Source of the DNA: Microcystis aeruginosa NIES-843
GTDB taxonomy: Bacteria > Cyanobacteriota > Cyanobacteriia > Cyanobacteriales > Microcystaceae
Length of the DNA: 32,000 bases
Reading direction: 5' to 3'
Assembly: GCF_000010625.1 (NCBI RefSeq)
Contig: NC_010296.1
Location: 5,760,001-5,792,000 of the forward strand
Shown here in pieces: positions 25,085-32,000 of the stretch. The notes below the pieces were generated by a model. It was not told the origin of the DNA. It saw only the letters and a list, made by a program, of their open reading frames with translations, and searched no databases. The stretch's first letter is position 1. Each line of letters opens with the position of its first letter. A program made the position numbers and the translations under genes.

Positions 25085-25369
25085 ATGAATCTCAATGAGT
25101 TGCCGGGGGCCGAGATCATCTTACCCGGACTGAGGGATCTTCACAATGGTGAGTCTAATACCATTGGGGCGTTGCTAGTTGCGATCGCAGCGACGCGCCT
25201 AACCGAAGTCGGTTTCGATATCCCTAAAAATCACCTAGCTGCAGAGCCAGAGCTAACCTTGTATGCCTATCTCCAAGAGGAACGGGATGATGCTTATTCT
25301 TACTATAATGCTTTGCTGAATCGCCTCAATAGCTTTTGCAATGCACTCGAACTCGCTTATAAAATATGA
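25085..25369 (+). CDS. Hypothetical 94-aa protein, translationally coupled to purN
   Basis: GGAGA lies 7 nt upstream of the ATG. Its stop overlaps the purN start (ATGA 25366-25369). I recognise no motif. Confidence 0.5.
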   Translation: MNLNELPGAEIILPGLRDLHNGESNTIGALLVAIAATRLTEVGFDIPKNHLAAEPELTLYAYLQEERDDAYSYYNALLNRLNSFCNALELAYKI

Positions 25370-26004
25370 TGACAATTTCCCCCAGTTTAATTTCTCCCGA
25401 TCTCAGTTTGGCCGATATTCCCCTAGAGGAAACCCTCTCTTTAGGAGTGATGGCTTCTGGTAGTGGTTCCAATTTTGCTGTTTTGGCGGCAGCGATCGCA
25501 AAAAAACAGCTAAATGCCCGAATTCCTGTTCTCATCTACAATAATCCCGATGCCAAGGTAAAAGAAAGAGCCGATGACTACAATATCCCTGCGGTTTTCC
25601 TCGATCATCGTCAATTTAAACCCAGAGAAGAACTCGATCGAGCAATAGTAGAAACTTTCCAAGAATACGGGGTAAAATGGGTAATTATGGCGGGCTGGAT
25701 GCGAATTGTCACCCCGGTTTTACTAGATGCTTTTCCCGATCGCGTGATCAATATCCATCCTAGTTTACTACCCAGTTTTAAGGGTGTGCGCGCCGTGGAA
25801 CAAGCTTTAGCTGCGGGGGTAAAAGTGACCGGATGTACTGTGCATATCGCTCGCGCGGAGGTAGATAGTGGCCCAATTTTAATGCAAGCAGTGGTTCCCA
25901 TTCTCCCCGATGATACCGCGGTCAGTCTCCACGAACGCATTCAAGTGCAAGAACATCGCATTTTCCCGGTAGCGATCGCTTTAGCGGCGAAATTGAGCCT
26001 ATAG
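25366..26004 (+). CDS. purN: Phosphoribosylglycinamide formyltransferase
   Basis: It has GVMASGSGSNF, INIHPSLLPSFKG and TGCTVH....VDSGPI. It carries an N-terminal extension of ~25 aa, so a later start is possible. Confidence 0.9.
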   Translation: MMTISPSLISPDLSLADIPLEETLSLGVMASGSGSNFAVLAAAIAKKQLNARIPVLIYNNPDAKVKERADDYNIPAVFLDHRQFKPREELDRAIVETFQEYGVKWVIMAGWMRIVTPVLLDAFPDRVINIHPSLLPSFKGVRAVEQALAAGVKVTGCTVHIARAEVDSGPILMQAVVPILPDDTAVSLHERIQVQEHRIFPVAIALAAKLSL

Positions 26005-26073
26005 AGATCGATTTCTGGACTTTCTTGGCGAGAATACCGGCAAAAAAACGAAAATTCAACGCAAATCGTTAAA

Positions 26074-26228
26074 TAAGTAGGTAGGCGTTAAAAATTATCA
26101 GACACCACCCTTATTAAGGTAGGGTTGATTCATGAATCAACCCTACTATGAATCAACCCTACTATGAATCAACCCTAGTACTAAGGGGGGATCGAACCTA
26201 AAATCCATTTTTAATTTAAGTACCTAAG
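26074..26228 (+). mobile_element. Modular MITE, copy C (same left end, different core)
   Basis: The left end is taagtaggtaggcgttaaaaattatcagac and the right part is ggggggatcgaacctaaaatccatttttaatttaag. The core is replaced by the palindrome agggttgattcatgaatcaaccct (26121-26144) and a 16-nt unit atgaatcaaccctact x3 (26132-26179). The right boundary is approximate. Confidence 0.55.
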
Positions 26229-26254
26229 CAAAATTAATTACACATATCTAAACA

Positions 26255-26322
26255 CCTCTTGCCTCTTGCCTCTTGCCTCTTGCCTATCTTCACTAGGAAA
26301 TTAATTTTGCACGACTACTTAA
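26255..26322 (+). repeat. 68-bp direct repeat copy 1, including (CCTCTTG)x4 heptamer array
   Basis: 65/68 identical to 27689-27756. It ends exactly at the stop codon of the first Uma2 gene. Confidence 0.85.
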
Positions 26323-26904
26323 TTATAACCAGCTACTTATCACTCCTTCGTAAATTTCCTGAAAACTGAGATCGAAATTTACAGAAGTTAAAGATAAACT
26401 GGCATTTTCGCCCTCGTATTCCGTTAATAACCATTTATTTTCTTGAGTTTTGTTATACTGCATGATATATGGACGACTTTGAATAATGAGAATATATTCT
26501 TGAAATTCCGGCAGCGAACGATAATAGAGAAATTTATCGCCCTGGTCATAATTTTGAGTTGATTTTGAGAGGACTTCTACTATTAATCTGGGATTGGTAA
26601 TAGTTGTCTTGCCAGTTTCATAATAAATCGGTTCTCCCTCAATTAGCATCACATCGGGATAGGTTGCTTGACGATATTGCGCTATCCATAATTTAACGTC
26701 ACCGATAAATATTTTATAGTTGGACTGTGGCAACTTTAGGCGTAAATAAAAGTAAAAATTACCTGCAATTTTATTATGATCGGTAGTGCCTCCCGTCATC
26801 GGTACGATTTCCCCATCTTGATACTCATTTTTATAGGCTGCCGTTTCCTCTAGTTCTAAATATTCGGCAAAGCTATAGGTACTTTTATCTGTGGCTATGG
26901 TCAT
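26323..26904 (-). CDS. Uma2 family (DUF820) putative endonuclease, tandem copy a
   Basis: 193 aa. FAEYLELEE....NEYQDGEIVPMTGGTTDHN, YPDVMLIEGE and LIVEVLSKST..YD..DK...Y fit the Uma2 pattern. Confidence 0.8.
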   Translation of the reverse strand: MTIATDKSTYSFAEYLELEETAAYKNEYQDGEIVPMTGGTTDHNKIAGNFYFYLRLKLPQSNYKIFIGDVKLWIAQYRQATYPDVMLIEGEPIYYETGKTTITNPRLIVEVLSKSTQNYDQGDKFLYYRSLPEFQEYILIIQSRPYIMQYNKTQENKWLLTEYEGENASLSLTSVNFDLSFQEIYEGVISSWL

Positions 26905-26950
26905 AATTGATTGATTCTTTGGTTAACTTAAGCTGATTAAAACAACCGGT

Positions 26951-27538
26951 TTAATCATTGATTATATTAAAAGTAACTCCTTCATAAATTTCCTGAAAAC
27001 TGAGATCAAAATTGACAGAAGTTAAAGATAAACGGGCATTTTCGCCCTCGTATTCCGTTAATAACCATTTATTTTCCTCAGTTTTATTATACTGCATGAC
27101 ATAGGGACGACTTTGACTGATCAGAATATATTCTTGAAATTCCGGCAGCGAACGATAATAAAGAAATTTATCGCCCTGGTCATAATTTTGAGTTGATTTT
27201 GAGAGGACTTCTACTATTAATCTGGGATTGGTAACAGTTGTCTTACCAGTTTCATAATAAATCGGTTCTCCCTCAATTAACATCACATCGGGATAGGTTG
27301 CCTGACGATATTGCGCTATCCATAATTTCACATCACCGATAAAAATATTATATTTCTGTCCTTTGAGGGCAAATTTTAAATAAGCGGCAAAATTGAGAGC
27401 AATTTTATTATGATCGGTAGTGCCTCCTGTCATCGGTACGATTTCCCCGTCTTGATACTCATTTTTATAGGCTGCCGTTTCCTCTAGTTGTAAATATTCG
27501 GCAAAGCTATAGGTACTTTTATCTGTTGCTATCGTCAT
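26951..27538 (-). CDS. Uma2 family (DUF820) putative endonuclease, tandem copy b
   Basis: 195 aa, about 90% identical to copy a except for residues ~47-63 and the C-terminal tail. Confidence 0.8.
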   Translation of the reverse strand: MTIATDKSTYSFAEYLQLEETAAYKNEYQDGEIVPMTGGTTDHNKIALNFAAYLKFALKGQKYNIFIGDVKLWIAQYRQATYPDVMLIEGEPIYYETGKTTVTNPRLIVEVLSKSTQNYDQGDKFLYYRSLPEFQEYILISQSRPYVMQYNKTEENKWLLTEYEGENARLSLTSVNFDLSFQEIYEGVTFNIIND

Positions 27539-27688
27539 AATTTATTGATTGGCTCCCTCAATTGATTATAGCAATTATTATACTGGTGAGATGCAAAAGA
27601 ATTACCATAAATTAGCTATGTTTAGCCGAACAAAAGATAAGCTAAGACGCATTTTAACCGCTTATCCTTAGATTAGCTGAATCTCCCG

Positions 27689-27756
27689 CCCCTTGCCTCT
27701 TGCCTCTTGCCTCTTGCCTTTCTTCACTAGGAAATTTATTTTGCACGACTACTTAA
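27689..27756 (+). repeat. 68-bp direct repeat copy 2, including heptamer array
   Basis: The sequence is ccccttg(cctcttg)x3cctttcttcactaggaaatttattttgcacgactacttaa. It lies 115 nt upstream of valS. Confidence 0.85.
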
Positions 27757-27870
27757 CAGCTATTTTAATAGGACTCTTGAAAATTTTTAGCCGGCAACTA
27801 AACAGGAATTTGATCTCTCCCAAATGTGGGACAATTGACAAAGAACTAAGAATTGTAGAATCCCCCCATC

Positions 27871-30591
27871 ATGACCTCGGAACTATCGAAGCAATACGAT
27901 CCCAAGATCACAGAAACGAAATGGCAGCAATATTGGGAAAATCAAGAAATATTTACAGCAAACCCCGAAAAAGGCGGCGAAACCTACTGTATAGTCATCC
28001 CCCCTCCCAATGTTACCGGTAGTCTCCACATGGGTCACGCTTTCGAGAGTTCCCTAATTGATACACTTGTTCGCTACAAGCGCATGACCGGCAAAAATAC
28101 CCTCTGGCTGCCAGGTACGGATCACGCTAGTATTGCAGTACAAGCTATACTCGATCGCCAATTAAAAGCCGAAAAAACCGACCGTTACCAACTAGGAAGG
28201 GAAAAATTCCTCGAACGCGCTTGGCAATGGAAAGAGGAGTCCGGTAGTACCATTGTTAATCAACTGCGACGCTTGGGGGTATCCGTGGATTGGACGCGGG
28301 AACGTTTCACTATGGATGAGGGACTTTCCCATGCTGTCCGTACTGCTTTTATCAAACTCTATGAGGACGGATTAATCTATCGCGGTCAATACTTAGTCAA
28401 CTGGTGTCCCGAATCCCGGTCGGCGGTTTCCGATTTAGAGGTAGAAAACAAGGACATTGAGGGAAATCTCTGGTATTTTCGCTATCCTCTTAGCGATGGT
28501 AGCGGTTATCTTCAAGTAGCCACCACAAGGCCCGAAACCATGCTCGGTGATACTGGTGTAGCTGTCAACCCGCAAGACCCTCGTTATCGCCATTTAATCG
28601 GCAAAACCGTCACTTTACCGATAATGGGGCGAGAAATCCCCATTATTGCCGATGAATTGGTGGATCCCGAATTCGGTACCGGTTGCGTCAAAGTTACGCC
28701 GGCCCACGATCCCAAGGATTTTGAGATGGGTAAACGCCATAATTTAGCCTTTATTAATATCATGAATTTAGACGGCAGTTTAAACGAAAATGCCGGAATA
28801 TTCGTAGGTCAAGATCGTTTTGTTGCCCGCAAAAATGTCGTTAAAAAACTCGATGAAGACGGCTTTTTAGTTAAAATTGAAGCCTATCGCCATAGCGTCC
28901 CCTATAGCGATCGAGGTAAAGTTCCCGTGGAACCCCTTTTATCTACCCAATGGTTCGTTAAAATCGAACCTTTGGCCACAAAAGCTTTAACCTGTTTAGA
29001 TCAGGAAAACTCGCCCCGTTTTGTGCCAGAAAGATGGACAAAAGTTTATCGCGATTGGTTAGTTAAACTAAAAGATTGGTGTATTTCTCGACAACTGTGG
29101 TGGGGTCATCAAATTCCCGCTTGGTATATTATCAGTGAAACTAATAACGAAATTACTAATCATACTCCCTTCGTCGTTGCTCAGGATGAAACCTCCGCTT
29201 TAGCCAAGGCCAAACAAGAGTATGGAGAGGATATAATTATTCAACAAGACCCCGATGTTTTAGATACTTGGTTTTCCTCGGGATTGTGGCCATTTTCGAC
29301 TATGGGATGGCCAGAAAAAACCCTTGATCTAGATACCTATTATCCCACCACAACCCTCGTCACCGGTTTTGATATTATCTTTTTCTGGGTGGCAAGAATG
29401 ACGATGATGGCGGGCTATTTTACGGGACAAATGCCTTTTAAAGATGTCTATATTCACGGTTTAGTTAGGGATGAAAACGGCAAAAAGATGTCTAAATCTG
29501 CCAATAACGGCATCGATCCCCTAATTTTAATTGATAAATATGGAACCGATGCTTTACGATATACCTTAATTCGAGAAGTGGCAGGAGCAGGACAGGATAT
29601 CAGTCTGCAATATAACCGTAAAACCGATGAATCGGAATCCGTAGAAGCGGCCCGAAATTTTGCCAATAAAATTTGGAATGCTTCCCGTTTTGTCATGATG
29701 AATCTGGAGGGAAAAACCCCAGAAGAATTGGGAGAACCAGTTTTAGAAAATTTAGAATTAGCTGATCGCTGGATTTTATCTCGTTATCATCAAACAGTAC
29801 AAAAAACTAGAGATTATCTAGAAAATTATGGCATGGGGGAAGCGGCAAAAGGTCTATACGAATTTATCTGGCGCGATTTCTGTGATTGGTATATCGAGTT
29901 AGTAAAAACTCGTTTATGGAAGGATAAAGAATCGGTTTCCTGTGCTACAGCTAGGCAAACTTTGGCTTTTATCTTGGCAGGGACATTAAAACTATTACAT
30001 CCTTTTATGCCCCATATTACCGAAGAAATTTGGCATCATTTAACCCAAGAAAATCAGCAGGTTTTAGCTTTAGAAACCTATCCAATAGCTGATAGTTCTC
30101 TGATCGATCTAGACTTAGAAAATACTTTTGAGTTATTAATTGAAAGTATTCGGGTGTTGCGTAATTTGCGGGCCGAAGCAGGGATTAAACCGGGGGCAAC
30201 GATCACGGCAATTTTACAGACAGAAAACAGCCAAGAATTAGCTATTTTGCAACGCGGACAAGTGTACTTAAAAGACTTGGCCAAGATCGAAAACTTCATT
30301 TTGACGGCAAAATTAACCGAGGAAGTCAATCAAGCGATCGCCGGTGTTGTCGCTACGGTAGAAATCCTCATTCCCCTGTCCGGATTGGTTGATATATCGG
30401 TATTGGCCGGGAAATTAGCGAAAAATTTAGCTAAGGTAGAAGGGGAAATCAAGAGTTTGAGCGATCGCCTGAATAAACCTAGCTTTGTCGAAAAAGCTCC
30501 AGAAGCTTTAATCCAAAAAACGAAGCAAGCTTTAGCAGAGGCCGAAAAACAAGCCCAAATTCTCCAAGAACGCCTAAAACGCCTGCATTAA
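27871..30591 (+). CDS. valS: Valine--tRNA ligase
   Basis: 906 aa. It has [13 protein letters not shown] (HIGH), KMSKS, an editing-domain region and a C-terminal coiled coil. Confidence 0.97.
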   Translation: MTSELSKQYDPKITETKWQQYWENQEIFTANPEKGGETYCIVIPPPNVTGSLHMGHAFESSLIDTLVRYKRMTGKNTLWLPGTDHASIAVQAILDRQLKAEKTDRYQLGREKFLERAWQWKEESGSTIVNQLRRLGVSVDWTRERFTMDEGLSHAVRTAFIKLYEDGLIYRGQYLVNWCPESRSAVSDLEVENKDIEGNLWYFRYPLSDGSGYLQVATTRPETMLGDTGVAVNPQDPRYRHLIGKTVTLPIMGREIPIIADELVDPEFGTGCVKVTPAHDPKDFEMGKRHNLAFINIMNLDGSLNENAGIFVGQDRFVARKNVVKKLDEDGFLVKIEAYRHSVPYSDRGKVPVEPLLSTQWFVKIEPLATKALTCLDQENSPRFVPERWTKVYRDWLVKLKDWCISRQLWWGHQIPAWYIISETNNEITNHTPFVVAQDETSALAKAKQEYGEDIIIQQDPDVLDTWFSSGLWPFSTMGWPEKTLDLDTYYPTTTLVTGFDIIFFWVARMTMMAGYFTGQMPFKDVYIHGLVRDENGKKMSKSANNGIDPLILIDKYGTDALRYTLIREVAGAGQDISLQYNRKTDESESVEAARNFANKIWNASRFVMMNLEGKTPEELGEPVLENLELADRWILSRYHQTVQKTRDYLENYGMGEAAKGLYEFIWRDFCDWYIELVKTRLWKDKESVSCATARQTLAFILAGTLKLLHPFMPHITEEIWHHLTQENQQVLALETYPIADSSLIDLDLENTFELLIESIRVLRNLRAEAGIKPGATITAILQTENSQELAILQRGQVYLKDLAKIENFILTAKLTEEVNQAIAGVVATVEILIPLSGLVDISVLAGKLAKNLAKVEGEIKSLSDRLNKPSFVEKAPEALIQKTKQALAEAEKQAQILQERLKRLH

Positions 30592-30660
30592 CGGAGGCAG
30601 TGGTTATTTTGGGGATTTTCGGAAAAATAGGGCAGTTTTCAGGCTACCCTAACCGGAAAA

Positions 30661-32000
30661 TTAATCCCCAAAATGGGAGATGATTGCATCGGCAAATTCG
30701 GAACATTTCAGAGGAGGATTAACGGGAGGTTCCATCAGACGCGCTAAATCGTAGGTAACTTGTCGATTAGCGATCGCCGCTGCGATGCCTTTTTTAATCA
30801 AATCGGCCGCTTCTTGCCATCCCATGTATTCCAACATCATCACCCCAGAAAGAATCACCGAACCGGGGTTAATTCGGTCTAAACCGGCGTGTTTAGGGGC
30901 TGTGCCGTGGGTTGCCTCAAAAATAGCGCAAGTATCGCCAATATTCGCCCCGGGTCCCATCCCTAAACCACCCACGATCGCCGCTGCCGCATCGGAGAGA
31001 TAATCACCATTCAGGTTCATGGTAGCGAGGATCGAGTATTCATCGGGACGGGTTTGGATCTGTTGGAAGATACTATCGGCAATGCGATCGTTAACCATAA
31101 TTTTATCTTTCCACTGGCCATGGCCGTGGGTTTCCCAGATAGCATCGAGAACACTGGTCACTTCTTGGCAGATTTTGGCTTTTTTCTCGTCCGTGAGGGC
31201 ATCATAACCCGGTTCCACCATGCGGGCGTTATCTTCGATGCTCAGATCAGGGTTTTTCTCCTTATTGCTCAGGATCCATGATTCCATCTCGGTAACGCAC
31301 ACATCCCGGAATTCACTTTTAGCTAATTCGTAACCCCAATCCCGAAACGCCCCTTCGGTATATTTCATAATGTTACCCTTATGGACGAGAGTAACCTGAT
31401 TTTTCGGTTTCGGTAAAGTCAGCGCTCGTTCGATCGCCCGGCGGACTAATCTTTGGGAACCCGTCTTACTAATCGGTTTGATCCCGATACCCGCATCGAG
31501 GGGAATTTGTTTTTTACCGTGTTCGGGAGTGGCGGGAATTAGTTCGCTGTTGAGATAATTAATCAGTTTATCGGCGATTTCCGTGCCTTGTTTCCATTCG
31601 ATGCCCAGATAAATATCCTCGGTATTTTCCCGATAGACGATGACATCGAGTTTTTCCGGGGTTTTATGGGGGGAAGGGGTTCCCGCATAGTAACGACAGG
31701 GACGAACACAGGCATAAAGGTCAAAAATCTGCCGCAGAGCCACATTCAGGGAACGAATGCCGCCACCGATGGGAGTGGTCAAGGGACCTTTGATGGCAAT
31801 ACCATATTCTTTAATCGCTGTCAAGGTATCTTGGGGTAGATATTGATAAGTCCCGTAGATTTCGCAAGCTTCATCGCCAGCATAGACTTTAAACCAATGG
31901 ATTTTCCTTTGACCAGCGTAGGCTGTGGCGATCGCTGCATCGATAACTTTTGCGGTTGCGGGCCAGATATCGACTCCCGTACCGTCACCACGAATGAAGG
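30661..32000 (-). CDS. icd: NADP-dependent isocitrate dehydrogenase, 5' end beyond window
   Basis: [33 protein letters not shown] and GTAPKHAG are Icd motifs. The frame stays open beyond the track's TTG 'start' at 31824 up to the window edge (..[23 protein letters not shown]..), so the gene is partial. Confidence 0.95.
   Translation of the reverse strand, partial: FIRGDGTGVDIWPATAKVIDAAIATAYAGQRKIHWFKVYAGDEACEIYGTYQYLPQDTLTAIKEYGIAIKGPLTTPIGGGIRSLNVALRQIFDLYACVRPCRYYAGTPSPHKTPEKLDVIVYRENTEDIYLGIEWKQGTEIADKLINYLNSELIPATPEHGKKQIPLDAGIGIKPISKTGSQRLVRRAIERALTLPKPKNQVTLVHKGNIMKYTEGAFRDWGYELAKSEFRDVCVTEMESWILSNKEKNPDLSIEDNARMVEPGYDALTDEKKAKICQEVTSVLDAIWETHGHGQWKDKIMVNDRIADSIFQQIQTRPDEYSILATMNLNGDYLSDAAAAIVGGLGMGPGANIGDTCAIFEATHGTAPKHAGLDRINPGSVILSGVMMLEYMGWQEAADLIKKGIAAAIANRQVTYDLARLMEPPVNPPLKCSEFADAIISHFGD

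Noticed and set aside
27539-27870. T-box leader upstream of valS.
   Set aside because: There is no T-box consensus (AANNNGGGTGGNACC-like) and no specifier-loop architecture. Only a small gataagc/gcttatc hairpin is present.
27693-28022. 109-aa + strand ORF overlapping the valS start.
   Set aside because: It begins in the heptamer repeat (LPLASCLLPFF is the translated CCTCTTG array) and overlaps the bona fide valS frame.

Overview
The window looks like a cyanobacterial chromosome segment. The HIP1 octamer GCGATCGC occurs at least 17 times where about 0.5 would be expected, and G+C is roughly low-40s %. The repeat, IS and TA style suggests a Microcystis-like Chroococcales genome, but that is inference only. 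Housekeeping genes are present: murA, tRNA-Leu(CAG), a TrmH-family methyltransferase, purH, an NDH-2 flavoprotein, galE, a two-domain ppk2, purN, valS and icd. They are interleaved with a lot of accessory and mobile DNA. This includes two tandem near-identical DUF4351-type genes, and four toxin-antitoxin-like loci (HicB-like/PIN, VapBC, MazEF, and a broken zeta/COG4185-like ATPase with a small partner). It also includes three Uma2 (DUF820) endonuclease genes, two of them a tandem pair, and a TIGR02391 (Ymh-type) protein with an uncharacterised N-terminal domain. Mobile elements are an IS630 element with an A8 -1 frameshift site, an IS5-family element, one 226-bp MITE, and a second modular MITE family with three copies. 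An MBOAT/SGNH-like O-acyltransferase pair is translationally coupled to the NDH-2 gene, and two FkbM-like methyltransferases and a PEP-CTERM/DUF642 protein are also present. No rRNA and no CRISPR array were seen. The most unusual loci are: (i) the 8.4-10.5 kb islet (TIGR02391 fusion, MITE, and an interrupted P-loop toxin with about 330 nt of GC-rich ORF-free sequence); (ii) cassettes bracketed by long direct or inverted repeats (vapBC, galE, the Uma2 pair); and (iii) paralogue pairs that are near-identical except for one short scrambled patch. All family assignments come from motif recognition by eye and need database confirmation.
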